A stretch of DNA of 64,000 nucleotides, from positions 62,961-126,960 of the IMG/VR virus record IMGVR_UViG_3300021255_000060; one strand, 5' to 3'. Both the position numbers and the translations under genes were made by a program. Positions 49,086-59,969 of this stretch are shown here, piece after piece. Within the stretch, counting starts at the first letter, position 1. Each line of letters opens with the position of its first letter. The notes beneath the pieces are model-generated. The model was not told where the DNA came from. It did not search any database and worked only from the letters and a program-made list of their open reading frames with translations. The stretch comes from a virus. Lineage: Duplodnaviria; Heunggongvirae; Uroviricota; Caudoviricetes.

Positions 49086-49457
49086 TTATCCATTGGGATT
49101 GATACCTTTAATATAATCATCATAAGCATCACTGTACTCTTCCATATGCTGTCTCCAGCTAGGAAGGATTTCAGGAACATCCACGAAGAACATCTGTTTG
49201 ATATCTTCACGAATCTGGAAATCATTGAAACTAGAGAGACACGCAATCTCAAGATACTCCTTGACAGGAGCGACTTGCATTACGTATGCCTCAGCATCAA
49301 TAATGTTGATCCAGCCTGCTTTGTCGTCGGCCAAGCGAGCCCCAATGAAGTAATCTTCGCACTGATTGAATGCGTTGATCACCTCAATGTAGGCATCGAA
49401 CGTGCTGTTGAAGACCCTATCGGTTTCTCCATCAGCAAATACGAATTTAAATGTCAT
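49086..49457 (-). CDS. hypothetical protein (GC-rich island)
   Basis: 123-aa ORF. Confidence 0.3.
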   Translation of the reverse strand: MTFKFVFADGETDRVFNSTFDAYIEVINAFNQCEDYFIGARLADDKAGWINIIDAEAYVMQVAPVKEYLEIACLSSFNDFQIREDIKQMFFVDVPEILPSWRQHMEEYSDAYDDYIKGINPNG

Positions 49458-49542
49458 AGCGTGGTTGCTATTTAGTACTCAAGGCATGACTCGAACATGC
49501 TGATCTCCTATCGGATTCCTCCTTGATACATGAGTATTCCTA

Positions 49543-49770
49543 CTAGTAGCAAATCGCAGTGTCCCCCTCGAGATAATCAATCTCGTAATCGTTGTCATTA
49601 GCAACGTAATTCATGAACATGAGCATAGACATGCCAGCTCTGTTTACGTACGTTTTGACAACGTTATCGTTGACTACCAGGTTAACTGCCGGTTCGCCCT
49701 CGTAGACGGTTCCAACAAGCTCTACCATAATAGACCATGTTGCGGCTGTATCAGTACTCTTATTCTGCAC
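49543..49770 (-). CDS. hypothetical protein (GC-rich island)
   Basis: 75-aa ORF. Confidence 0.25.
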   Translation of the reverse strand: MQNKSTDTAATWSIMVELVGTVYEGEPAVNLVVNDNVVKTYVNRAGMSMLMFMNYVANDNDYEIDYLEGDTAICY

Positions 49771-49822
49771 AATACAGCCTTACCTATGCAGAATAAGTTT
49801 TGGACTATTGAAAGATTGATAC

Positions 49823-50173
49823 CTATTTGAGATACCAATCTTTCACTTTGAACTGCCGACCACTATACCAGCGGTCGCAGATATCCCGAACTTCAGGATA
49901 ATTCATGCCAGTCTCCAGGAGACAAACACGATTATCCTTAAATCCTCGACAATAATCATCGAGGATTTTGGAATCGGTCCATCCAGAACAGTATCCTCCT
50001 AAGAGGTAACTAGTCTCTTCGGAGATTAGCTCAACGTCATCTATTGTGACGTTGTAATAATCTGCGAGGATGCAGATTATATTCTCCTTGGGGATTATGT
50101 CACCTTTGCTTGTTCTCTCGGCAATAACACCGAGAATTACTTCAAAGTTGTTGATAGCAAAATACTTTGCCAT
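49823..50173 (-). CDS. hypothetical protein (GC-rich island), preceded by leader repeat A
   Basis: 116-aa ORF. Confidence 0.3.
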   Translation of the reverse strand: MAKYFAINNFEVILGVIAERTSKGDIIPKENIICILADYYNVTIDDVELISEETSYLLGGYCSGWTDSKILDDYCRGFKDNRVCLLETGMNYPEVRDICDRWYSGRQFKVKDWYLK

Positions 50174-50350
50174 AACATTTTACTAGCCAGGCCTAGATTT
50201 ATTGCGATCCTGGAAGGACACGAATTATCAGTACTTAATGGATCATGCCGCACACCTACCTTGTAGGCGGGTCCCCATCGTTCCACGACTCTTCGTGGTT
50301 TGCCAGAAGCAAAACGCCTTATTATAATGGAAAAGGCTCCTGGCTAGTGC
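50174..50350 (-). promoter_or_regulatory. about 180-nt conserved structured leader, copy A
   Basis: Starts immediately upstream of the ATG at 50173. ACTAGCCAGG ... CCTGGCTAGT form a long-range inverted repeat enclosing CCACGAC..TTATAATGGAA. Homologous to copy B. Confidence 0.4.
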
Positions 50351-50556
50351 TTTACTCAAGCAGAGACGATCCTTATATAGATCGAGAGATTACAGCCTCT
50401 GTCGCAGCTGAGCCGCTCCATGTTTGGAGAACATAGACCCCAATGCAGGAATCGGACCTGCCAACATATAATGTTGCCACTTAAAGGGGTTTGGACATTT
50501 CTATACGCTTAGATTCACCTACGAGCAAAGCTATGAACTCTTGTAGGTGTAAAATG

Positions 50557-50781
50557 TTATTTAGGTAAGCGATATCTCCGCATTCTGCGAAGGTACGCTG
50601 TGAACAGTGTACCACCCTTGCGAGTACGTAAGGGCATTTGAGCCCTCATAGCCAAAGGGTCCACATTATTCACCTTGCGGTGAAGTCTAGCTCTTCGCAG
50701 AGCTTCTTCGAACCTTGAACGGAGACAACCGTCTCCGTTGATGATGTCGTTGACATTGATAATGATGTTTTTGTACATCAT
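50557..50781 (-). CDS. hypothetical basic protein, preceded by leader repeat B
   Basis: 74-aa ORF. Confidence 0.25.
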   Translation of the reverse strand: MMYKNIIINVNDIINGDGCLRSRFEEALRRARLHRKVNNVDPLAMRAQMPLRTRKGGTLFTAYLRRMRRYRLPK

Positions 50782-50960
50782 AGTGCTTTACTAGCCAGGT
50801 CTAGATTCATTAAAGCCCTGGGAAATCACAACTCATCAGTACTAAACGGATCTTGGCTCACGCTTACTATTATTCAGCGGCTCCCCGTTATTCCACGACT
50901 TGTTGTGACGCCAAAAGGCAAACAGCCATTGTTATAATGGAATGCCTTTTGGCTAGTTTG
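50782..50960 (-). promoter_or_regulatory. about 180-nt conserved structured leader, copy B
   Basis: TTTACTAGCCAGGTCTAGATTCATT...CCACGACTTGTTGTGACG...TTATAATGGAATGCCTTTTGGCTAGTTTG, collinear with copy A. Confidence 0.4.
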
Positions 50961-51160
50961 ATCAGCTTTCACGTGGCTGCTGTGCTGATCAGTTACCCTT
51001 GTAGCTCAAGGTACCATATCAGTTGACCCTACCCGGGCCTCGTTGGAATTCAAAACGAATTTCCCATTGGAGGTGGGGAGGGGTCGTTGTGTATGATACT
51101 CCTATCATCCCCGCAATATACACAAATTCCGTAATTTCAACATCTCAGCTCTCTTTTATA

Positions 51161-51197
51161 TGTTTTTGAAATTTTCAAAAATTTTCTTATATTCGCA
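51161..51197 (+). promoter_or_regulatory. Bacteroidetes-type promoter (TTTG -33 element, then TAnnTTTG-like -7 element TTATATTCG)
   Basis: TTTTTGAAATTTTCAAAAATTTTCTTATATTCGCA lies about 22 nt before the ATG at 51219. The same motif recurs at 52647-52680. Confidence 0.4.
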
Positions 51198-51218
51198 CAA
51201 AACTAAAACAATAATATT

Positions 51219-52097
51219 ATGAAAATTAAAAAATATCAAAATGGAAGTAAAGTACAAGAATTTGTAATAAACAAAATAAAGAATACTTTAAAAGACGAAG
51301 ATAAAACACAAAGAATTTTAGATTTTGCCAGAAATCATCCAAAACTAGTAAATTGAGTAATGCCGGAAATAAGAAGAAGGCTTTACGACTACGTTGATCC
51401 ATACGGATACGATGATTTTGGGTCAAGAATTAATACAGCACTATCTGGTAATCAGGGAGAGTACCCAATGCATCTACATGGTAGAGATGATATTTTTGCA
51501 GAATATTTGGGAATTCCAAAAGATAAAAGACACAATTATGAAGATTCTATCAAAGTAATACCTTCTAAATATAGACCTACAAAAGGAGATGATCCAAATT
51601 CAAATTACAAAGCGTTGGATATTGATGATAATACAAAATTTAATCTGATATTTGATGCTTTGTATGATGGAAGAACAAATAAACTTTCTCGAAATAATAG
51701 CAGTTTAACTGACTTATTATCTACTCATACTATTGGAACAGGATTTGATGATAAAGGTCAGTATGTTTCGTATTATGATTTATGAGACATTAACCCAAAA
51801 GTTGGGGAAAGTGCGGTAGATCTTAACAATAGTCCAGAAGAAAAAACAATTAACAAAATAATTGGAAATAATAAAAAAGATGTATCTCTTGGAATAGGGA
51901 AGCCCGTAGAATTTTACGATCGAATATATCTCAATGATTACTTTAATGTAACTCCAGAAGTAGAAAAAAATGCATATTATGGAGGATACATTCGTCCTGC
52001 ATTTTTAGAAGATAGTAGAAAATACAATTCTCCAATTACTGGAGATGAATACTATCAATCAGAAGGTTCTATTCCAATAGTTAAAAATTTAAGATAG
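51219..52097 (+). CDS. hypothetical late protein (2 in-frame TGA)
   Basis: ORF 51360..51785 is in frame with the ATG at 51219 (..PKLVN[W]VMPEIRRR..). It continues through TGA to TAG 52095-52097. 292 aa. Confidence 0.45.
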
Positions 52098-52263
52098 TGA
52101 AATTAATAAAATTACAAAATGCAGATTCTATACCTGCATCTACAGTAATGCACGCGCTCCTAGTATAAACACAAACAAAGTAGAAATATCCAATAATACA
52201 TAAGTTAATATACTTTTGTTGATCAACACTCAAAATTATGTTTAACTTTTAAATTTTAGTATT

Positions 52264-52611
52264 ATGGAAACACTTTTTAACGGTTGAGGAAGTCAACAAT
52301 TTGGTTCTTCACTTTTAGGTTTATTTTTAGCATTATTATTTGCACCAGAAGATTCATTATTTGTAAAGCACCCTTTCTTTCCTTCAGATGTTGTTGTTCC
52401 TGAAGATTTCTCAGAATGATCAGAAGATAAAAAGAAAGCATTTATGGATGAACATTTAGATGAATATTGAAAGAAGTATTTCGATAAAATAGTAAATCCA
52501 AATAAAGAAGAAACTGATAAACTAGAGGAATCTTTAAAGGACATAAATGCGGAAATTAAAACTTTAAATGATGAAAAACAAGAAATTGTAGATGATTGAA
52601 TTCTCAAATAA
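52264..52611 (+). CDS. small secreted/membrane protein (4 in-frame TGA)
   Basis: METLFNG[W]GSQQFGSSLLGLFLALLFA.. with a hydrophobic N-terminus. Hand-translated to TAA 52609-52611. Confidence 0.35.
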
Positions 52612-52615
52612 CGAA

Positions 52616-52644
52616 AATCCCGACTCTTATGAGCCGGGATTAAT
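52616..52644 (+). terminator. rho-independent terminator
   Basis: AATCCCGACTCTTATGAGCCGGGATT followed by AATTATTTT. Confidence 0.45.
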
Positions 52645-52646
52645 TA

Positions 52647-52680
52647 TTTTGAAAATCCAAAAAATTTTCTTATATTCGCA
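52647..52680 (+). promoter_or_regulatory. Bacteroidetes-type promoter, second copy
   Basis: TTTTGAAAATCCAAAAAATTTTCTTATATTCGCA. Confidence 0.4.
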
Positions 52681-52708
52681 GCGATATAAATATTAAAATT
52701 AAAAAATT

Positions 52709-53257
52709 ATGAAAGAAGTAAATAAAGTTTTTGGAGAATACATTGATTCTTATAGCACAGAAACAGAATATAATTGAGCATATAAATTACTTCCACATGT
52801 TTCTGAAATAAACGGAAAGATTAAATACATTCCTCTTGGATATTTTGATAATAAATACATATATCATATATTAGTGATAAATGATTTTGGAGATAGATAC
52901 TCATCTTTTAATCCAAATGAATACATAAGAGATAATATAGAAAGGATAGGTACTGTTTATGAAGAAGGAACCGGAACATTAGTTGGAAAGATATGTATTT
53001 CTGATAAAACATATTATCTTTGAAGAATTAATATTACAGGAGGAACAATGTTTATATCCGATAGCTCAAAAGACGATGGTATAAGAGATGTATGCTGAGG
53101 ATTAACAGAAGAACTATTTCCAAATGATGAAGAGTATTATGATACTAATACACTATGGAAAGATGCAGAAAGAATAATATTAATAGATGATAACAAGAAA
53201 CATTCTTATTCTGAAGGAAAACACAGAGTGGCCGCAATATGAAAAACTTTACGGTAG
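52709..53257 (+). CDS. hypothetical late protein (4 in-frame TGA)
   Basis: MKEVNKVFGEYIDSYSTETEYN[W]AYKLLPH..., ends at TAG 53255-53257. Confidence 0.4.
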
Positions 53258-53433
53258 GTTCAACTCAATTCTTCTATAAATATCCAGATTTTAAATCAAA
53301 AGATATAGATATCCTATCAATACAACCAGAATTACCAACTACTTGTTTACATCACGAGTTTGGACAATTAGATGTGTTCTTATATAAAGATTTATCAAAA
53401 GAAGAATGAATAAAAGATGCATTTGACTATCCA

Positions 53434-53661
53434 ATGAAAATGATAAAATTCTTAAATCCGGAATTTTGTAAATATATAAACTTTACAGTTGAAGAATTAC
53501 CTGTATTTCAAGAATTAATAGATAAAATGGACGAAATGCATAAATACGTTAAGATTATATATGACGCTTATTTAAAGAATAAAGATTTTACTTTAACAGA
53601 CGAACAATTAGATTCTGCTTATAAGGAATATAAATTAGAAAGAAAAAATCCAGATTCATAA
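53434..53661 (+). CDS. hypothetical protein (possibly joined to the upstream gene by a frameshift; its frame is open from 53293)
   Basis: ORF MKMIKFLNPEF... The +2 frame is open from 53293 with no ATG before 53434. Confidence 0.3.
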   Translation: MKMIKFLNPEFCKYINFTVEELPVFQELIDKMDEMHKYVKIIYDAYLKNKDFTLTDEQLDSAYKEYKLERKNPDS

Positions 53662-53704
53662 TTAATCTGGATTTTTATTTTATCTGAATTTTGTTATTAG
53701 CAAA

Positions 53705-53724
53705 ATTTTTATTATTTTTGCGAC
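53705..53724 (+). promoter_or_regulatory. Bacteroidetes-type -7 promoter element (TATTTTTG)
   Basis: TTTTTATTATTTTTGCGACA lies about 40 nt upstream of the ATG at 53765. Confidence 0.3.
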
Positions 53725-53764
53725 AAAATGAAGATGTGTTTAAAAATTAAAAATAAAATTAGAA

Positions 53765-54892
53765 ATGGCAAGAAACTTAACTGGTAATGATATAAAGCTA
53801 ACTAGAAAAAGATCTAGAGAGTTAGCAAACGAAAACATGGGTTTTTCAAACGCCCAATATAATATTGCACTTGCAAATGCAAAAGCTAGCTTGAGAAAAC
53901 AAGGACTTCGTGGAAGAGAATTACGTGATAATGCAAAAGCACTAGTTACTGGAATACAAGTAGAAGATCCAAAGGGTTTAACTGTACCACCAATACAGGT
54001 GGCATTAAATTCTAATGAATTTGTTGGTCCTGCAAGATCTTGAACAGAAGCTATTACAACTACTGGTCCATTAACAGAAACTGCAGAAAGCGTTGCTAAT
54101 AGAAAAGCAATTGATAATCAAATTGTTAAACAACTGGTTGAAAATAAAAAAGATGTTAGAGATGGATTTGAACGTCCTACCGTAACAGTATCCTTAGATG
54201 AATTAAAAGAAATAGGTAGGGGTGTATCTGACACCTATATGAAGGACAGAGAAACAAAAGAAGCAGAAAATCCAAATAATTGGGCACAATATCAAGGTGA
54301 ATTCTGAAAAGCAATGAATAAAGCTAATGCATATCGTCCTTATACAGATTTAGCGGCAATTCAGAATTGAATGTGGGATGATTATAACAGAAATTGGAAA
54401 CCTTATGATAATGCTCACCCTAATTATCGTTGGCACTTACCTACTGAAGCAGAGCTTGCTCCTTATAAGAATTTAACTGGAGTTCCAGCTGGTACACTTA
54501 CTGGTCCAATGGGAACTTGATATGAACAAGGATATAATCCGAATGTTAATTATTTTGATTTTACTAATGCAAAATATGGAGAGCTTGGAGGAAGTAAAAA
54601 AGCATATAATCAAGGTGCAGCTGCTACCGGTGCAATGGTGTTAACTCCAGTTGTCGCTGGAATTGCATCCGATGTCATTGCTGGAGGTCTTCCTGAAACT
54701 ACTGGATATAATCCTGTTGGTGTACAGATGAAACGGCCTGGAGTTATAGGACAAACACGATTACCAAATGGACAATTTGGTTTAAATAAACAAGGCTCTT
54801 GATATATGGACATCTTTAATGGTCAAAGAGTTCCAGGATGAAGAGTTGGAGGTTTTAAATTTGGTGGCAAGCTAGTTAAAAATTTGAAGTAA
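53765..54892 (+). CDS. hypothetical virion/late protein, Gly-rich C-terminus (6 in-frame TGA)
   Basis: ORF 53765..54043 continues through TGA codons (..GPARS[W]TEAIT.., QN[W]MWDDY, GT[W]YEQGY, GS[W]YMD, PG[W]RVGGFKFGGK) to TAA at 54890-54892. TGG Trp codons are also present. Confidence 0.5.
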
Positions 54893-55233
54893 TGAATGAT
54901 ATTAAAACAATATACGAAGCAATCCTTAAAAGAAAAAGTGGTAATTGTGAAGAAACAGAATTACCAATAGATATAGGATATGGTATTGCAGTTGCTCCAT
55001 CTATACCAGTTGAAGATCCGAGATACGATATAATACCTTGAGAAGAAGTTAATCAAAATGACATTAATAAAATTATAGAGATTGTATATAGTGGAGAACC
55101 AGAAAGTAAAGGAAAATTAACACTTGTTAAAACTAGTAATGATATAAAAGTTGATTTAGATTATGATTTAGAATTGAAAACCGATCATTTGCCAGTTGGA
55201 TTTTATTACTTTTACAAACCTTCTATAGCCTAA
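54892..55233 (+). CDS. hypothetical protein
   Basis: MNDIKTIYEAILKRK.., 1 TGA, 113 aa. Confidence 0.35.
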
Positions 55234-55234
55234 T

Positions 55235-55876
55235 ATGAAAAACTATTTAAATTCTTTTAATCCAAGTATTACGTACACTCCATATATTGTACAACAAAAT
55301 CCAATCAAACTTGAAACTCCAGAATTTAAATTTGACACATATAAACCAGAATATAAACTTAAAGATCTTAAAGATGAAGTAATAGAACCTGTAGCAAAAC
55401 CAGCAGATGTTCCAGTTCCTTTATCTCCAAGTATGGAAGGTAAAATTTCATTATCCAATTTAGGTAGTGTGAATTACGATAATCTAAATTATATAGGTGA
55501 AAAATTAAGAAACGCTGGAATTAAAAATAATCAATTAGCGGCCATTCTCGCTACAGTTGTTGCAGAGTCTGGTGCAAATCCGAAAGCGGTAGGAGATGCA
55601 GGAAAAGCAAAAGGTTTGTGACAATGGCATCCCGATAGGTATAAAGCTGGAGAAGATTTAGATTCTCAAGTGCAATTAATGTTAGATGAATTGTCTAATG
55701 TTAAAAGTGGAGGATGATTAGGTAGACAAAATTATATGGATGCGTTTAATGGAGATGATCTATGAACAAGTGTGGATACACTAACTAGAAGATTTATACG
55801 TCCTGCAGATGGTCACGGCCAAGCAAGGAAACGATATGAAATAGCACAAAAAATATTAAAACAATTAAATGGCTAA
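55235..55876 (+). CDS. lytic transglycosylase (SLT-domain) protein; probable lysin or virion-associated murein hydrolase
   Basis: ..LAAILATVVAESGANPKAVGDAGKAKGL[W]QWHP.. matches the SLT motif ES...NP.A...GA.GLMQ. The Trp is encoded by TGA at 55619-55621. 213 aa. Confidence 0.5.
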
Positions 55877-57704
55877 CATAAAAGATATATTAAATAGTAT
55901 AAAACTTGCTATTAGATCTAAAGGTGTTAGTGTTGCAGATTGTGATTCTCCAGAAGTTTATCCAGAGAAAATACTACAAATAAAAAGAACAGTAAGCGAT
56001 GCAACAGATACAGTTTGTATACATGCTTACTGTTCTTCTCAAAATACTCCTTCTAAGCCTACTGGAAATCCATATAATTTTAGTACTGGAGCTATAACTT
56101 ATCCAGAAGGATGATCTAATCCAGATAATTTATCTGGCAATATATGGGAATCACATATTGTTGTAACATCTAATACAAGTGTGCAAGACGGTATAGTTGA
56201 AAATTGAACAAGACCGATAAAACTAATTGCAAGTTATAACTTAGAAGACATTCTTGATTATGACGCTTTAAATGAAGAAATTTCTCAGAAAATTGCAGAA
56301 GATTATCAAGAGGTATATGAAGATTATCAAACTGCATTATCTGAACTTCAAAGTGATGTTGAAAGATATAAAAATAAAACAGATACTTTAGAAGGAGAAT
56401 ACGAAAACCTTGTAATTAAAACTACAGAAGATTTAAATGGTGTAACTAGAGATATTGCTGAACAAGTACTTAATTCTGAAAGCTTTTCAACTAAAGTTAC
56501 TCAGATTGTTGGTGAGGATTACGTAACTCAATCTACTTTTAATCAAACTGCGAATTCTATTACATCTAGAATTACAGAACTAGATGGAGAAAATGGAAGA
56601 ATGTCTCAGTTAGAACAATCTGTTAATGGTATTGAATCGGAAGTATTTGATTCCGAAACAGGGGCGTCTAAAATCACACAGTTAGCAAATTCCGTTTCGA
56701 CAACAATTAGTAATGAAACATCTGCAGCTGCTATTGTAGCAAAAGTGAATGAATCTGGATCAGAAATTACTTTAAACGCAGATAAAATAAATCTTACTGG
56801 AGGGCAAACTTTTATAGACAAGCTTGTAAACAATAATTCGTTTATAAATAATCTCCAAGTAAAAAAATTGAACACCGTTTCAACCGAAGCCAAAATCCTC
56901 ATAGAAAACGGAGAACTGATTGTTTATCAATATATAAATAATACTTGGATAAAAAGATTATCATTAGGTTTCGATACATTTAGAAATAAGGTAGCAATTG
57001 TAATATATGATGAAAATGGAGTTGCAATTAAAGATCTAACTGATGCTGGATTAAATGATAGAACCGGAACTGCATCTCATGTAGTAGTACGACAAGCATC
57101 TACTATGGAACTTGGAGAGTATAAACAAATTCCAGAAACTACAGAACAAACTGTAGGATGACCAAACTATGTAGCTGGAGGTTTAGTTCCGTGTGTTTGT
57201 GATGGAAGCATGTTATATAAATACGTTGCAGAAAAAGTTGAAAGATACATAGATGGAGTTAGTACTGGAGAAATATTATATAATGATCCTACAATAAATT
57301 CAAGCGTTACAGAAGATCACTATGTTTCATCTTGTTATGTAGATGGTAAGATATTTACATCACAAAATGTAGATTGAAATAACTATCAAGATTATTTAGC
57401 TGATGGTTACTATAGATATAAAGCAGACACACCATGTGATTATCGACAAAATTCGCAAGATGAGTTATTAACAACAATGCATGAATTTGATGTATTAACA
57501 ATTGATAATGGAGTTATTACAAATACTAGAACTTGTGTATTTGATACATTTGAAAATATACAATATACTGATCGTACAACTAATATTTGTGATGAAGTTT
57601 CTACTCCATCTCAATGAAATATTTTGATTGATCACATATCTGATTCTTCAACACAAGTAGACTTTGTGCCATCTGAAGAAAACATTGAACAAGGTACGCC
57701 ATAA
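55869..57704 (+). CDS. tail fibre / tail-associated structural protein with coiled-coil segments
   Basis: 611 aa. ORFs 55869..56114 and 56601..57161 are in one frame joined by TGA codons. Coiled-coil EDYQEVYEDYQTALSELQSDVERYKNKTDTLEGEYENL. Ser/Thr/Asn-rich. Confidence 0.45.
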
Positions 57705-57709
57705 ACAAA

Positions 57710-57750
57710 AAAAATCCCAGACTCTTAATTGAGCCTGGGATTTTTATTTT
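57710..57750 (+). terminator. rho-independent terminator (same hairpin family as 52616-52644)
   Basis: AATCCCAGACTCTTAATTGAGCCTGGGATT followed by TTTATTTT. Confidence 0.45.
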
Positions 57751-57921
57751 ATTTTGGTACTGCATCATCTCCTCCTTCATCATCGCTCTCTTCATCTTCT
57801 TTTGGATTTTCTACTGTGTAAGGAAAGTGTTTATATTCATCATATAGTTCTTTTTCCATTTCAATTGATATTGGTATTTCTCTACCAATGATTTTGTTAT
57901 AAAGTGTTTTTAAATCGTTCA
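57748..57921 (-). CDS. small acidic protein
   Basis: Hand translation: MNDLKTLYNKIIGREIPISIEMEKELYDEYKHFPYTVENPKEDEESDDEGGDDAVPK. Confidence 0.3.
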
Positions 57922-58032
57922 TTTTATTTTAATTGTTTTATAGTTGAAATTATCTTTTAATTTTATTCCTTTGACGAAGGAAAATAAGGTCCCACAAGTT
58001 TATATGCAAAGAACCATAATTATTTAATTGTC

Positions 58033-59478
58033 TTATGCAGTTTCAACTGTCCAACCAGTAGGAATACCATTAGCACCAGTTACATCCCATGTAGCTTCGG
58101 AGTTCTTGACGAACGTACCAGTTGCAGATACGTTTGCCAGCCAATTGTTTGTATATGAAGTCCCAGGCGTTGTTGTAAAAGCACACTTAACAAAGCTGAG
58201 GTTGGCACAATCACTGAACATGAATTCGTAGCACTTATTTGCCAAAGTTATAGCAGGAAGCTCTGGAGCAGTAGTGAGACCGGTGCAGCGATCGAACATG
58301 TGGGCATAGCAAAAACTACTTAAAGTAGTAGCAGGAAGTTCCGGAGCTGTAATCAGATTTGTGCAATGATAGAACATTTCTTTGTAACAATTATCAGTTA
58401 ATGTAGTAGCAGGAAGTTCCGGAGCAACTGTTAATGATGTACAATTTCTGAACATAGATGAGTAACAATATTCAGCTAACGTAGTAGCCGGAAGTTCTGG
58501 AGCATTGGTTAAACTAGTGCAACTGCTAAACATGTTGCTGTAGCAGCTATGTGCAAGTATAGTAGCAGGTAATTCAGGTGTAGTAATTAAACTAGTGCAA
58601 CCGCCAAACATGTTGCTGTAGCAACCCTCAGCCAAAGTAGTTGCAGGAAGTTCTGGAGCAATGGTAATGCTGGTACAATCATTGAACATGGAGCTGTAGC
58701 ACGAAATTGCTAGCGAAGTCGCAGGAAGTTTAGGCGCAATATTTAAATATTTGCAACTACGGAACATACCACAATAACAACTGTTTGCTAGCGTAGTGGC
58801 TGGTAGCTCAGGGGCGATGGTTAACCCAGTGCAACCAGAGAACATGTATGCGTAGCAAGACTTAGCTAGCGTAGTAGCTGGTATAAGTAATTTCTTTATT
58901 GGATGAGAAAATAACGAATGTTCGTTTGTCCACTCATAATTATCGTAATTTTCGAATAAAGAAGGGAATGCATATTCCGGCACTTCTTTCATAGATGCAA
59001 AATTCTCCTTACTTAATAAACTCATTATGTTACCATAAACATAAGTTTCACCAACAATCTGAAATGAACCAGCGCTACAAAAATCATCTTCGCCCATCCC
59101 CATCCCATTAGGATTATTTCCACGAACCAACGCTTTCTGACCCATATTCAGAGTTGCAATAGGAGTATTATTACCTTCGTCGTAATTCTCAGATGTAAAT
59201 TCAGTCCAAGTCTCACCATTATCCGTGCTAACCTCTATCGTCCTTGTCTGTGACTCTGCATCATACGCCAAAAAGTAAATCTCAGTGTTATCTGCTTTTG
59301 CTTCAAATGTAAGCGGAATATTGATATCAACAGCATCTGATTGATTACTTTTCTCCAATATATAAGGAAAATGTGCGTATTCAAATCAAAGATCTTTATC
59401 ATTCGCAAACTTTCCTTGTTTTTCAATAGGTATATTCAAATTTACTATTGCGTCATATAATGTTTTATAATCTGTCAT
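58033..59478 (-). CDS. tail fibre / receptor-binding protein with BspA-type leucine-rich repeats (about 11 tandem 23-aa repeats)
   Basis: Repeats LPATTLAxxCYSxMFxxCTSLTxAPE (LRR_5/BspA-like, Cys-containing). The listed ORF starts at a TTG. Extending upstream through one TGA reaches the ATG at 59478 (MTDYKTLYDAIVNLNIPIEKQGKFANDKDL[W]FEYAHFPYILEKSNQ..). Confidence 0.55.
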
Positions 59479-59495
59479 AATTATTTAAATTCTAT

Positions 59496-59945
59496 TCAAA
59501 TTTTTTCGCCCTTATCATGGGCTTTTTTCATCTTCTTATATAGTTTCTCAAAAGTATCTTTAGACTGAGTTACTCGGCCAACTTGCGTATTCTTTCCAAC
59601 AAGTAAACAACCATATGTATCAATTGGAGAGTTTCCAGTATGTATAAGAATTCCTTCAAAACCTGGAACATTCATAATTCTTGGAACCATTCCATTACAA
59701 AGTTTCTTAAAGAAAGACACGGTGTTGTACTTAGGCGAAACAATATCCATTCTTACTTGATATGTGCCTGTTGGTATTGCGGTTTCTCCGTATACTTTCT
59801 TCTTTTTAATTTCTTCTAAAGAATCCGTCTGTTTCAATCCTCTATCAGTGTCTTCTAAAGTATTACAGAATTTAACTCCATCTACATAAAGATTGCCGAT
59901 TGTATAGGCAGTCTTTTTTCATTTTCTATCTACTGTTAGCTTCAT
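59496..59945 (-). CDS. L,D-transpeptidase-like (YkuD-fold) protein?
   Basis: ILIHTGNSPIDTYGCLLVG resembles the H..(n)..S.GC catalytic motif. ORF 59496..59837 extends through a TGA to the ATG at 59945. Confidence 0.3.
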
Positions 59946-59969
59946 AATACAATTTCTTTAATTGTTTTT

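Noticed and set aside
52293-52607. Minus-strand ORF 52293..52607 and similar antisense ORFs at 56606..56902 and 63654..63887
   Set aside because: They overlap plus-strand genes that read through TGA in a consistent frame with promoters and terminators. Ser-rich low-complexity products.
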